A DNA stretch of 64,000 nucleotides from Chiloscyllium plagiosum (Eukaryota). The translations under genes were made by a program, and so were the position numbers. Below are positions 24,336 to 37,800 of this stretch, one piece after another (position 1 is the first letter of the stretch; each line of letters opens with the position of its first letter). The notes under the pieces were generated by a model. It was not told where the DNA came from and ran no database searches. It saw nothing but the letters and a program-made list of their open reading frames with translations. The DNA is taken from positions 88,393,355 to 88,457,354 of the forward strand of contig NC_057718.1 of NCBI RefSeq assembly GCF_004010195.1, given 5' to 3'.

Positions 24336-26053
24336 ACTCTGATCTCAACTTTCAATATCCCCTTAAGTTTGGTGCAGTTACTATGATGGCCAACTTGAAT
24401 TTTATGTAACCCCTTTTTTGATCATAGTAAAATATCTCTAGTCATTCCAAGTGTAATGTTAGGCATTATTTAACACTGACACACATGAGATACTTAGCTG
24501 GCCAAATGTTTGCTTTTGAGAGTATATTTTAAGAAATGTCCTACGAGGACAGAAAAGCACAGAACCTTAGGAAAGAAATTCCAGAGTTTGGGTCCTGGCA
24601 GCTGAAGGCACAGGGAGACTGAAGGTATTTGAACATGTGGGTGAGAATTTTGAATTCAAGCTATGGACCAAACATTCACAGGAGGATGGACCAAAGTTCT
24701 GCAATATCCTGCCTATATTGTAAACCTATTTTTAATAGCTCTCTAAGCGACTGCTAAACTCTATCACAGATTCCTTATAAGGGTGACAGATGTGTATGCC
24801 TTCCTTACTGTTCCACTTAAACAAAAAAATCTACTCACTTAACCAAATGGGAGTCCCTTCAGACACTCCAGTCAAATGACTGGTGTACTGAACCTAAGCA
24901 AATCTGTGCTTTTCTATAATGCGTAGCCATTTAGGAATGTAAACACTCGTTTGTAGTTTCTAAATGCCTGCTTGCTTTTTGGAATGAATTTTGCACAATG
25001 TTTTTCAGACCTGTGCACTGTCATGTAGTATTTACAACTTGGCAGGATATTTGGATTAACTTGCTTATAATCTAAGATAACCTCATTTGCTTGGAAGAGT
25101 TTCTGTAACTATTTAAGAGCCTGTGAGCAGAGTTTCATTTGCTGAGCTTTGCAACTGCTTTTCGTTACATTCAGAGTTTAAATTAAGACGGGAGTTTGCT
25201 CAAGTCTGGCAGACTGTAGCACACAACTTATCAAATTGTCCTTGGGTTGGGAATCATTGTGTTGTTGTATTTCCGTCTTGTAACAGTTTGTGTCATTCCA
25301 GACCTGGCATGTGTTCTAATTAGGAAACAGTCTTCCAGTTCTCTTGGGATCAGTCAGATTTGGGATGGGGGTGGAGGGGGAATGCTGATTTTAAGAAGCT
25401 GCCCTGATGCAGAGAATGTATGTTAGATTTGTAACCGTAGCAAAACCTTAACATTGAGTATGGGAAGGTGGTCAGACAGCAGTGCTATTTTAGGATCGCT
25501 TCCCTGACAGGCAATGACACTTTTATCAGTGCTGTGTAGTCTAGGATCTGTGTAACCATGAAACATTAAATTGGCACCTACCTGGATTGACAAAAACTGA
25601 AGTTGAGCAATGAAACATTTCTGCCAGACTTTGATTCCTGACTTTGTATTTGCAATGAGTTGCAGTTATAAGCCCAATAAATTTTTAAGAAATTCACACT
25701 AGACTGGGTGTATTGAATGGGAAACATTTTTGAAGAAGGGAGACATCTGGATATTTGAAGCTTAGTTGCTTCAATGAGGGTTTACATAGCCATCCTCCAA
25801 TCTGTGTCTCATGGCACTGGCTTCCAGTATTCTGTCAGGAATTTGATTTGAGATTCCTGCTCCTTGGAAGTTGGTTTTAATTAAGGATGTCATAAATGGA
25901 ATGTCAAGTATCTCTATCAATAAACCAGCCTTGCCTTGCAGTTCTGTAAAACTATTGAGGTGGAGAGCAAGGAAGAAATGCCTGTCAAAAAGCAATATGG
26001 AATTTTATATCTAGTCCAGTCTATCTGGGTTGTTCAGGCCAAGTGAGTGTTTG

Positions 26054-26825
26054 TGTTTTGGACCAGACAAAACCCCTTAAAATATATTAAGAAGATAGTC
26101 TAGACTCTAATTTTTTTTTAGTTTAAAGTTCTGTTGTTTTCCGGATGCAATTCGATTGGTCAAACTACCAGGCTTGAAATAAAACACACTTTATTCATAC
26201 ACTATAGCTAAAAGACAGATGAAAGAAAAAATTTGGCTTAACTGTAACTCAATCAAAATGCTTAATAAAATGAGATGTGCTCCGATTAATTTACTGTTTC
26301 AATACAGTAACATACCATAAGCATGCCCTCAAAGGCAAATTCACTAAAATAGATTGTCACGTGTGCAATTCTAGCACAGGGAGTTTTTAGCTGTAATTGA
26401 TGAATAGGAGCTTCCACATCCAGCTTCAAAACCCCAGCAACTGCAGAAAGCTAAAACTAAAAACCCTGGTCTTTGTCTTTGAAGGAGCAAACTCCAGCTC
26501 ATAGGTTAAGTAGCTGAAAGCACCACTGAGGATCTGCCCAATTAATACTCAGGCAAGTGAAGTGAAGACTTGAAATCAGTACAGCCACTGCTGGGAACAC
26601 AAACTCCAGATGTGTTCATATCGGTATGAACACATCAAGGCCAGAATAAATTTATTCAATACATAGTGGAAATTTGATTCCACCTATTCAGGCTGCTTCT
26701 ATTGTTCCAACTTTTGTTTTTTAAAAAAACACCCAATGCCTTGCAAGCTGTTTATTAAACTTGAACAGACTGCTCTCCACCTCATTTTAAAAAAAAACAC
26801 CTTCTAAAGTCATAGTATCATCACA
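26054..26825. mobile_element. Solo LTR related to the Gmr1-type LTR at 61229-61900
   Basis: TG...CA termini (tgttttggaccagac...catcaca) and a 5-bp TSD gtttg (26049-26053, 26826-26830). Start resembles tgttatggaccaggcc at 61229. Confidence 0.75.
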
Positions 26826-27759
26826 GTTTGAGGTGAACTGGCACCCGAACAGAGGGATTGTTATTCCATGTTCACGGAGGTAATTCTGTTCCTGGCTCCA
26901 AGTCGATGTTTCGTATCTCCATTATAAATTCCTTTGTCACTATTTATAGTTGAAATTATCCATTGAAACATGCCACACTGCAATTAGAGAATTCCCCCAG
27001 TGGTAGAAGAAGCTACACAAGACCAAGTTATTATATAGAACCATTTATGAGCAGGAGATGGCCTGTGGGCCAATATCTATGCTAGCTCGAGAATTGGGTT
27101 GACTCACCCCTTTAGGCAGAGGTTTTGGGTGGGAAGGGGATCAATGTTTCTCTCCCTCTTTCACCAATTACTTCAAATTTATGCTTTCTAGTTATTGACT
27201 TCTCTGCTAATGCAAATGGCTCCTTCCTATCATTTGGTTGAGGGCCCATGAAATTTAATACACTGCAAATTAACCTAATGTCTCTTCTGCTCCAAGAGAA
27301 ACAACTCCAAAGTTTTCTCAGGTGAAATTCTCTGCAGCAGCATCATAACTCTTCACTCCCTCTTTGGTGTGATCATCTCTTTCATGTAATGTGGTGACCA
27401 GCATAGAGTGCAGTATTTTAGTTATAGTCCCTAGTATAACCTCATGCTCTTATATATACTCAGTACCTTGGCCAATAAAACATATGCCAACATAACTAAC
27501 CCTCTCTCTGTCTTACCCTCAGTGATTTGCAGACATGTGCTCTGGCATCCCTATGTTTCTCTGCAACCTACCATTTTATTGTGTATGCAGCAGGTTCTGT
27601 TATAGAGGCTCAGAAGAACTTGTAATTGTCAGTAGGTTATGCAGTGTGCCAATTTGTTCAAGGTAGAACATATAAAATGGTCTAATTGGTGTTTGAGGTC
27701 AGAGCATTCCCACCTTGAGTTGGAATGTTGCATTTTTGAACTTCACTTCAAAAGAGTTG

Positions 27760-28100
27760 ACCATGGTCTAGCTGATAGCAGGTTTCTGGGATTGTTGGAG
27801 GTGCCACCTTTTATGATGAAATGTTACGCTGAACCCTATGTGCAGCCTCAGTGGGTATTAAAGGGTACAATTTTTGAAGAGGAGCAAGGATGATTTCCCA
27901 GATGTCTTGAACCATATTTATCAACTCAGCACGAAATCCTGTCACTTTGTTGCTGTTTGGGCGATGTTACTGTGTAAATTAGCTCTGGAGTTCTCTGTTG
28001 TGTATCAGTAATTACCACACACACTATTATTTCCTTGACTGACTGAAATGATTTGGGGCATTCTGTGTTCACAGGAGGTGTTAGATTAATGCAACTTTGT
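27760..28100 (+). mobile_element. Old SacSINE1/Deu-type SINE remnant
   Basis: tttgaagaggagcaagg..ttcccagatgtcttg..atatttat..ttgctgtttg pattern. Confidence 0.5.
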
Positions 28101-28522
28101 TGACTTGCTCCTCCATGTTGTTATGTGCCCACTTATGATGCTGCAGCATTTCGTTTTCATATCTGCTGATCGCTTGCTTGATAAGGTAGGAAGAAGATTT
28201 GAGTCCAAATGTCTAGAAGGGACTTTTTTTTTTTCCCCACAACTCTCTCAAAAATTTACCACTGGATGTGAGGGGCAGCTAAAAATAACCTGCATGAAAC
28301 ATTCACCATGAGAAGTTTTAGCGGCTGTTCAGGGTCAGTGCAGTGCTTTGTCATCAGTGTCTTGTTTTGTTTTTCCCATGTGCACTTCACGTCCCTAATG
28401 GTCCTTTTTTTTATTGGTTTTACATCTGCAGTTGGGTTTGTAGATCTGATTCTTAGCTAGTTAAGCTTATGGATTTCACATAGGTTTAAGTGTTGCAAAT
28501 CAGTAAGTAGAATATATTTCAA

Positions 28523-29764
28523 GGATAGAATTCATCCATTTGCCAGGTTGTGTCGCAATCAGCTTGCTGTAATTTTTAAAAAAAACAGTCCAAGCTGAAT
28601 GGAGTGTGTTGTCAGAGCAAGCCTATTTTCCCTTGGGCATAGTTTATCTGATTAGTCAACTATCTCAGCAGACCAGTTCGTTTCTGGAGTTGGAGGAGCC
28701 CAGCTTTTGGATTGACTCAATTTAATGACTTAATTCAGTCAGTGCTAGGTATGACCTTGCTCTGAACTGGAGTCATATGGATTCTATTCCATGTGACCCA
28801 ATGACAATCTTGTGGTGCAGTGGTAATGTCCTTACTTCTGAAACAAAGTCTGAGTTTAAGGCCTATCTGCCTCAGATGGTGTAATAACTATTGCTCAGTG
28901 CTATACTACTGGAGTAAGCTGACCAGTCTGAGGCTTATTTCTGTAGTAAGCTCTGTGACTACATGATTCACTTTCTGTGACCAAGCCTCAGATGAGGTAA
29001 TCGTAGAATCTTAAAAGAACACCCTAATCTCTTCAAGTACACATTTTATTTCAGTTGTCTACTGAAAAGTTTGTGGAATCATCTGACGCCTCCATTGTTT
29101 AATGTATTCCAGATCTTAGCAACCCTTTGCAAAACTTTCTTTTTTCTAATTATTTTAAACCTGTGACTTATGGATACTGATCTGAGATGGAGTCTTCTAA
29201 AGTCTTTCCTTGTGATACCTCTGTAGCTGCAATTTCCTCTCTCCATTTTATTGTGTAATGTAATGATTTAGCAGCAGACATCTCCTGCAGAATGAGTCCT
29301 ATCTTGCAGCAGAGGTGAAGGATCGTGATGCTGTGGCAGTGAATGGGATTATCTATTTGAGCAGCTCAGCTGGAATCCCAACCTTGCCAGGTGCCTTTCT
29401 ACTTAGAAAGCAATCAATGGCTTTTTTCAAGCTCAAGTGATAAGGGTTCTTCACTTAATTTTGACCCTGACAGGAAGCTGTGGGATAGAATTCCTCCATG
29501 TGCCAGGTTGTGTCACAATCAACTTGCTGTAATAACGAAAACAGTCCAAGCTGAATGGAGTGCGTTGTCAGAGCAAACCTATTTTTCCCTTGTGATTAAT
29601 TTATCTGATTAGTCAACTATCTCAGCAGACTAGTTAGTTTCTGGAGTTGAAAGAGCCTAACTTTTGGATCGGTTCAATTTAATGACTTGATTCAGTCAGC
29701 GCTAGTATGACCTTGTTCTGAACTGGAGTCACATGGATTCTATTCCATGTGACCCAATGACAAT
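28523..29764 (+). repeat. Dispersed direct duplication, ~285 bp (28523-28808 and 29483-29764)
   Basis: Both copies read ggatagaattc...acagtccaagctgaatggagtg...ttctattccatgtgacccaatgacaat with scattered substitutions. Confidence 0.9.
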
Positions 29765-30094
29765 TGCTTGCTTTCACCTTTTAGTCTTATAGTCTGAGTT
29801 GGGGGAGAGCTCATAACCCCTCTGTTGAAACAGTCTAACTATCTTCCAGATCAAAGTTTAATCCACTTTTTTTTTCCTCTAACAATCTGGCAGTTGAAGC
29901 TGCTTTTGTTTTTGAGTTCCTTGGATTTGCCTATTATGAGTTAGTTTTTTTTTAAAAACTTATTAATTTGATGTCCAATTTTGCTAGACTGGAGTTAACA
30001 TTTTAACTTGTTTCTTGCACTATTTCCTTTTTTTAATGGCTTACTTTTATCTGAACTTACTCAAGTCCCATCCATTGTTCACATCTATAGTAGA

Positions 30095-30585
30095 GAGTCA
30101 CAGTTGTACAGCACGGACGTAGACTCTTCAGTTCAGTTCGTCCATGATGACCAGTATCTTAAATTTTTCTAGTCCCATTTGCTGATGTTTGGCCCATATC
30201 CCTCTTAAACCCTTCCATTTCATGTACCCATCCAGATGCCTGGAGCAGTGGCTCAGTGATTAGCACTGCTGTCTCTCAGCACGAGGGTTCAAAGTTCAAT
30301 TCCACCTTTGTGCAAGTGCCACAAAGTCACCTATTCTCCCTGTGTCTATGTTTTTCCTCTGAGTACTCCAGTTTCCTCCCGCAGTCCCACAGATGTGCAG
30401 GTTAGGTGGATTGTCCATGCTAAATTGTCCAGGGATATTGTGCAGGCTAGTTGGATTAACCATGGGAAATGCATGGTTACAGGGATCGAGTAAGGGGTTG
30501 AGTCTGGATAGGATACTCTTCAGAGGGTCAGCGTGGACTTGATGGGCCGAATGGCCTGCTTCCACACCAAAGGGATTCTGTGATT
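30095..30585. mobile_element. CR1 tail (minus, 30095-30240) abutting an HE1-type SINE (plus, 30241-30585)
   Basis: Reverse CR1 tail followed by a gtggctcagtgattagcactgc head. Confidence 0.75.
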
Positions 30586-31099
30586 AGGATGTTAAGCCGG
30601 GCTTGGGGAATAAAAGGAAGCAGTCGAGAAATTTCTTAAGGAAAGGCATCCTGCAAAACAACTGAGGCCAAGAAATAGTGAAACGAAGTACAAGTATTAA
30701 AACAAAAACAGAAATTGCTGGGGAATCTCCAGTTTGAAATCAGAGTTAATGTTTCGGGTCTGGTGACATTTCATGTTTTACAGATACTACAATCTAGTTT
30801 ACTGGTGCAGCAGCAAATCAGGCTAATAGAGACAGTGAGCTTCTTCGACAGCTACATATTATGGCAGGAAATGATGTTGGGATTCTAACCTACAGTAAAA
30901 CAAACACCATTTTGTAGACGTTTAATCATTCTGATCCAAACAAAACCTCTGTTTTCAGACAGATCTGTTAAACAGAAGGCCAAAATCCCAGTCAAGTCAG
31001 AAAACTGGCTTTTCTCCACTTACTGTCACTCCCAAGAAAACTATTGGTTCTGCCGCCTGTGAAGCTAGATTTGTTATTTAAAACTTGTACTCTGAGCTC

Positions 31100-31320
31100 A
31101 CTGAGTTGGTTAGCTCATTTTTGGCAGGACGGTTTGGCTTATGATGCAGTGATGCCAACAGCATAGGTTTCGTTTCTGCACTGGCTGAGGTTACAGTGAG
31201 GGACTCATTCTCAACCTGTTCCCCTGTCCAGTGGTATGGTGACCCTTGGGTTAAACTACCACCAGTTCTCCCTCTTGAGTGAGCAGCCCTATGGTCCGGT
31301 AGGATTATGGTGACTTTATT
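31100..31320 (+). mobile_element. Unnamed tRNA-derived SINE
   Basis: A-box-like gttagctca head, B-box-like ggtttcgtttct, tail ...gcagccctatggtccggtaggattatggtgacttta. Confidence 0.45.
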
Positions 31321-32039
31321 TTTTGCTTGGAGCTCTAAGTCCCCTTGTTTAACTATCCAGCCTAATTTCCACAAATAGACCTCATTCTTACATACAAAAA
31401 AAATTTAGTCTTTCCTGTGTTGGGCACTGTTCTGTTGGATGTTATTTCCTTCATTCACGTTTCTTTTTTTTATTCAACTCACTATTCCACCTTGCTTGGT
31501 ATTTCATCTGGTGCGTTTAAATATCTAGGCCATTTGTAGGTTGCAAGTCATGTAGTCTATATCCCATTGTTGCTCTTTGCCAAACCACCAATTCTTTTTC
31601 ATTCCATGACACTTCAATTTCCAAATTGTTTTGTTTTGGACGATTTTAAAGAACTTGTCTTTGCCAACATTTATTCTAACTCCATCTTACCATTTTAGCT
31701 AGAAATATCTTGTGGATTTTCCATCTCCTTGCTTCTCTGTTCTGTCTTTCTTGGGAGATCGTCTACTTTTGTAGTTTTGGTTAAAAGCCCCAAAAAGCAG
31801 CTAGTCCTGTTTCTCTGCTCTATCCACCTAATCCTGTAAATTCATTTCTCTTCAGTCCCATTCCAAATTTTGAAATCCTGGATTGTTGGCTTCTAAGAAG
31901 TAAAGTGGATCAAGTGAAAATGACCAAGGAGCATGTATGCGGTTGACACTTGAAGACCTTGAGTTTAAACTTTGCTAACCTCATCCATTTTTTTATTATA
32001 CAAAGGAAATTTTATGCAGTCACATTTTAAATTATGTAG

Positions 32040-32430
32040 GGGGAAACCAAAACTGGATTTAAGTTGAGAGGGGAAAGATATAAAAGAGACCTAAGTGGCA
32101 ACATTTTCACGCAGAAGGTGGTGTGTGTATGGAATGAGCTGCCAGAGGAAGTGGTGGAGGCTGGTATAGTGCGTAAAAATGTGTTGCTGGAAAAGCGCAG
32201 CAGGTCAGGCAGCATCAAAGGAACAGGAGAATTGATGTTTCGGGCATAAGCCCTACTTCAGGCTGGTATAGTTTCAACATTTTAAAAGGCATCTGAATGG
32301 GTATGAATAGGAAGTGTTTAGAGGGTTATGGGCCAAGTGCTGGCAAATGGGACTAGATTAATCTAGGATATTTGGTCAGCATGAATGAGTTTTACAGAAG
32401 AGTCTGTTTCTGTGCTGTACATCTCTATAA
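32040..32430 (+). mobile_element. CR1 3' fragment containing a PLE pLTR insertion (32171-32259, minus)
   Basis: FTQKVVCVWNELPEEVVEAG; inner insert flanked by a 13-bp TSD aggctggtatagt. Confidence 0.85.
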
Positions 32431-32632
32431 ATATGCGCTGTTTTGGTTCACGTCAAAGGCTCTGTTAAGTATGCAGTGAGTTTGAGCAGATATTTGGCGG
32501 GATATAAAATACTTTTCACTTTATGCTGGCAATCATGCACGAAGTGAGAATGGTACCCCACCACTTCAGGCCTGGCCTGTTAACAGGTTACAACCTTAGT
32601 TTTGAGGATGGGGAATGGCGGGGTAATAAATG

Positions 32633-32825
32633 TGTTGCTGGAAAAGCGCAGCAGGTCAGGCAGCATCCAAGGAACAGGAGAATCGACGTTTCGGGCATCC
32701 TGAAGAAGGGCTTATGCCCGAAACATCGATTCTCCTGCTCCTTGGATGCTGCCTGACCTGCTGCGCTTTTCCAGCAACACATTTTTAAGCTCTGATCTCC
32801 AGCATCTGCAGTCCTCACTTTCTCC
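32633..32825 (+). mobile_element. Palindromic PLE pLTR mini-element
   Basis: Inverted arms around a cctgaagaagggcttatgcccgaaac core; 9-bp TSD taataaatg. Confidence 0.85.
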
Positions 32826-33574
32826 TAATAAATGGTTTGGACAGACTTTTTTTGTGTGGCATGTTGCATGCACATTACGATGCAGGTGTGCTGTGAGGTA
32901 AAGTATTCCATCATCTGTGAAATACTTGGGATATCCTGAGGTGGTGAAAAAGGTGCTATATAAATGCATGCTACGATTTTGAAGAAAATTGAGATCTTGT
33001 ATCTTTGCCAATATTGCTTGTTTGTGATGTTAAGAATAAATCTAGTCTTTTGTTGTTTCTGGGAAATTGTGCACCCCTTTGCAAATACATTTCTAATATT
33101 CTAACAGTGACGGTAACTTGAAAATAATTTTGATGCTCAGCATTTCTACAATGTCCTTGCTATTTTGAAACTTCCTTAAGTGTTTGCCATTAATCTTGCT
33201 ACCATCTCCAGTGTTCACCTGCCACCTGCTGTTTAGTCCAGCCTGCCTATGGACAGTTATCTAATTAGTCTAAACTCTTGTCTGCTCCCCATAATTCAAG
33301 TATTTCCACTTTGGCCACATTGAAAATGGGTATTGCATAATTAATTTGCAACCAATACACTTTCAGGAAAAAACTCTCCCAATATTGTCTAGCTTTTTAG
33401 CCAATGGCCTTTACTCATTGACTCTACTCTGTTGGTCCTATACTGTGCCTGCCTCTCTCTCTCCTCACACTTCATCCATAATATTCTTCATTTTTGCATA
33501 AACCTGCACCTTTTTTTTTGTTTCTACATATAGGTCCTCAATATGCTTAAATCATGCTTATGAAGCTCCAGAGT

Positions 33575-33900
33575 GGCATAGTGGCTCGGTGGTTAGCACT
33601 GCTGCCCTACAGAACCAAGGATTCTGGCTCAGTTCCAGCCATGGGCGACTCTGTTTGCACGTTTCCTCCAGGTGCTCCAGTTTCCTCCCACAGTCCAAAA
33701 GATGTACAGGTTCGGTGGATTGGCCATGCTGAATTGCCCTTTTGTGCCCAGGGATGTGCAGGCTGGGTGGTTTAGCCAGGGGAAATGCAGAGTTACAGAA
33801 TGGGGTGGGGAGGGGGTGGGTCGAGGTAGGATGTTTTTTGTTTGGGGGGTCAGTGTGGACTCGGCTGAATGGCCTGCTTTCTTCACATTGTAGGGCTTCT
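33575..33900 (+). mobile_element. HE1-type V-SINE
   Basis: ggcatagtggctcggtggttagcactgctgcc head and V-domain. Confidence 0.8.
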
Positions 33901-36237
33901 GATTTGCAGGAGCATATAGTTGTTAATCTGGAGTAGATCCTGCCTTGGAATGTGAATCTAATTTTCCTCTCTCTATTGTAGCCAGTTCCAATCTCAGAGC
34001 TCTGGTTAGCCCTCTTTAAATCTAGACTCCCTGTTTCATGACTTTCCTTTCTTCATTTCAAGACTAACTATGAATCCATCTTTGGTTTTGTTAGAGTGAC
34101 AGTCATTACCAAAAGGTCCTTTTTTCTCATTATAACGCGGCATTTGTTATCACTTAACTAACTTGGATCAAATAAAGTGTGGCCTGCTCTGATGTGCTGA
34201 AGATTATTGCACTGGTAAATCTCCCTTGTTTTGATTTAGTTATTTTTCCTTAAACTTCATCAAGTTATGGTCAGCTTGAAACTTTTCACCATTTCTACAT
34301 GTGCTTTTGTTTCTATGTTGTAATCCTTAAGGTGTTCTGTTAAATCCTTCTATTGATGTTTGCCATCCTAGCCTGTCTTAATTAATCTGTTCTCCTTCTT
34401 CTCTGAAAGAAACTGCATGTGCTTAAATGTTAAACTTTTTTTTTACTTAAGTATTAAAACACCTTTCAAACTCCCCATACTTTACAAAACACTTTTAAAG
34501 CTGGCCTTGTGACACTCAATACTCAGGCTGTTTCCTTATCCATTCTATTGCACTACACCATTTGGCTGGTATTTTGGGGTTCTGGTTTCTCTGACTTAAG
34601 TTGCACAAGAGCTTCCATCTCCACACTCCCTCTTCTGTGTAACAGCGGTGACCATGAATTAAAATGCTCTTCTTTGGCTGTGGAGAGCTTTGGGATATCC
34701 AGAGGTCATGAAAGGCATTACTTCAGTGCAATTCTTACTTTTGAAGTTCTGTCTCCGGAGCAGTTTATATGAATATTATTTATACATATATATGGATTCC
34801 CCTTTGATCTGGTGCAGTATATATTCTGGGGTTCTTTGCACATTTTGTTTATGCCTTTGCTTAAATTGCTGCCTTTGCTGAATGCCAAGAAGAGCTAGTT
34901 TAATTAATTACAATTTAAGTACTTTCAAAGGTTTTCCTTGAAGCTTTGAAGTGTTTGTCTGTTGGCATAGAAGGTTAGTGGTTTCTGCCTGTCAGTTGCA
35001 TTATCAGTAGGATCATTCGTCTACAGATTTGTTTGTCATTGGTGATAAGGGAAAGAAAATCCAGCTAAATATTGGCAAGGATCTTTGACCCAGAACTGAG
35101 GTTATAACTTGGGCTGTTCATATTTTGACTAGGTGAGGAGGAACGTGATAGCTACTTGATCTTTGTCGCCTTGTTTGATTGTACAAATGCATTTAAAATA
35201 TGAAAAATAATGGACATCCCAGTGCAGTGAATGAGGTTAACTGTCCATGTGCTGGTTATAAAGTATTGGTTGTACAGAGCATCAGTTTTCAACAGAACAG
35301 AGCAAGTTTATTCTGAAAAATGACCTGGATTTTAAAAAAATGCCTTGAAGGTTAATATTTGCCCTAAAAATACAGCATAGACACTTAATCTGTGCACACA
35401 ATTAAAAGGAGAGGGAAGAATGTTTGGCCAAATACTAAGCATGCAAGGTGAGAGACAATTTGGAGTTTGACTGTTGGTATTGACAGGCTGTGGAATTTAC
35501 TGGTTCTCAAGTGAAAGGATATATTGATGTGAATGGAGTCTAGAGATGTTTCTATGGAAATTCCAAGGCTCTTTCTGCGCAATTCTCTATCACCTTGCAA
35601 GGATGAAGAAACAGCACTCGCAGCATAGCTGTCAGATTGTAGGGGGACAGCAGCACTTTCCCACTTTTTGCACATTTTTTCATGTCCACACCCAAATGGA
35701 CAAAGTTTAGTTGAACACATAATCTGTCATTGCCAGCAGCAGTTCAAACATCCAGTTTATATCCTGAGAGTTTGGTTAAGTATCATTGCCATCTCATCAT
35801 GGTCCCCAGCATATTGTCTTTAATATATCCTCTGTCTAACTGTTCAATTTCCCAGTGAATTTGTAATAGCGCAGGAAATTGAATTTTTTCAACGTTTCAC
35901 TGAGGTGTGTTGTCTCTGAGCTTCTCTTGGACCAGCCATCTCCTTGAAATGGAATGTGGCAATGAAGTGGTCCCAACTAGCAGCCATTTTTAATGTGAGT
36001 GTATGACTTTGTATCATCATTGCACAAATAAAACAGCACCACTCTCTCCCTGCTCTCCCCCCTAGCAATGTCTACAGAACGTGGACCTCTCACCAATGCT
36101 TCTTGCCCCACCCCAGCTGTTTCATTGTCTCCTCTCCCAGCGCTGGGAGTTAACATCACTTGACCTTCAGGAAATGGGGCAGCAAATTGCCCAAAACAAG
36201 GTTTCTCAACACTGACAATGACTGGGTCACCTTGGAT

Positions 36238-36875
36238 TTTGTTTTATTTACTTACGGGATGCATGCATTGCTGGCTGGATCAGCATTTATTGCCCCTTCC
36301 TAACTGCCCTTGCAAAGATAGTGAACTGCTGCCTTGAGTCACTGCAGCCCATTTGGTGTAGTTACACTGATTTTTTTTTAGGGAGAAAGCTACAGGATTT
36401 TGACCCACTGGCAGTGAGGGGACAGTGAGTGACTTGGACGTGAATTTGCAGCTGGTTGTGTTCCCATGTATCTGCTGTCCTTGTCCTTCTAGATGGTTGG
36501 GGGTTTGGAAGATGCTATCTAAGGAGTTTTGGAGAAATTCTGCAATGCGTCTTATTGATGGTGCATACTATTGCTACTGAGCATTGGTTGTGAAGGGATA
36601 GGTGGGTGCCAAAAACGTAGGTTGCTTTGTCTTGGATGGTGTCAAGCTTCTGCAGTGTTGTTGGAGCTGCACTCATCCAGGCAAGGCAAGGCAAGTGGGG
36701 AGTATTCTACCACACTGTTGGCTTGTTCGTTTGTAGATGGTGGATAGACTTTAGGAGTGACCAGGTGAATTACTTGTTGCATTAGTCCTAGTCTGTGACC
36801 TGCCCTTGTAACCATGATATTCATGTGGCTAGCCCAGCTCAGTTTCTTGATGGCAATCCCCAGGAAGTTGTTATA
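36238..36875 (-). mobile_element. L2/CR1-group LINE 3' fragment, distinct from HER1
   Basis: SVVEYSPLA and KLDTIQDKA-like motifs. Tail (gggcaataaatgctg...cccgtaagtaaataaaa) resembles the 3' end of the SINEs at 40822 and 45990. Confidence 0.65.
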
Positions 36876-37800
36876 AGGTAAGTAAGCAAGATTAATGTGT
36901 TATCCTTGCTTGGTCTGGCCTAGTGATACAAGACCAATAGCAATGTGGTTGACTGTTAACCACCATCTGGGAACGTGCAATAAAAACTGGCTTAACCAAG
37001 GATGATAACCTCTTGTGACTGAATTTAAATTCAAACGCCAGTTGGGGCTTTGATTTAACACCTCCATTGGAAAATAGCACCTGTGACCTTTTCAACATTG
37101 CAGTTTTCAGAAAATCTTAATTACCTATATTTGTAAAATTTGTGAAAATACATTACAAAGCCTTTCGATTATTAGATGTTTGCTGAGTCTCCCATACAGC
37201 AAGTTCCATTTGATTGTAATGGACTGATATTTTAAAAAGCATATTCCATGTCAGATATACAGTCTATAGGCATAAACATTTCAATTTACAGAAATTGCAA
37301 GAGATATAAAGTTTTGTATGCAACATGTTTCACTGTGAGATGCCTTAGTACATTTTCAACATTCTGTCTCTCTCTCTTGATTCACAATGTGCATTCTTTG
37401 TCAGGCACACAAACAGTTCAGTAAGTTCCCAGGTACTCAATGTTCTATGGCTGGAAAGCCCGAGATAGCAACCTTCCCCATTGTTCCTCTGCAGTAGCTG
37501 TCCCAACTTTTTAAGTATCGTTTAGCACATCTTCCTCAACCTTTGGAAGATCCTGGACCTCTGAAAGAGGCAATGGCAACTTGTGGCATTGGGAGATAAT
37601 AAAGTTTCAGGCAGATCAAAGGGCACCTTTTCATTGTGTTGATGGACCCGTAGGCACAGTTGAAGTTTGTCATGTTGAGTCCATGGGAGCAGCCCGTACA
37701 GCACAAAGTCCTGTGTCATAGACACAAGAAATTTAAAATGTAGGAAATAGGATCAGGCATGGTCATTTAGCCCTTCAAGCCTGCTCTACCATCCAATATG

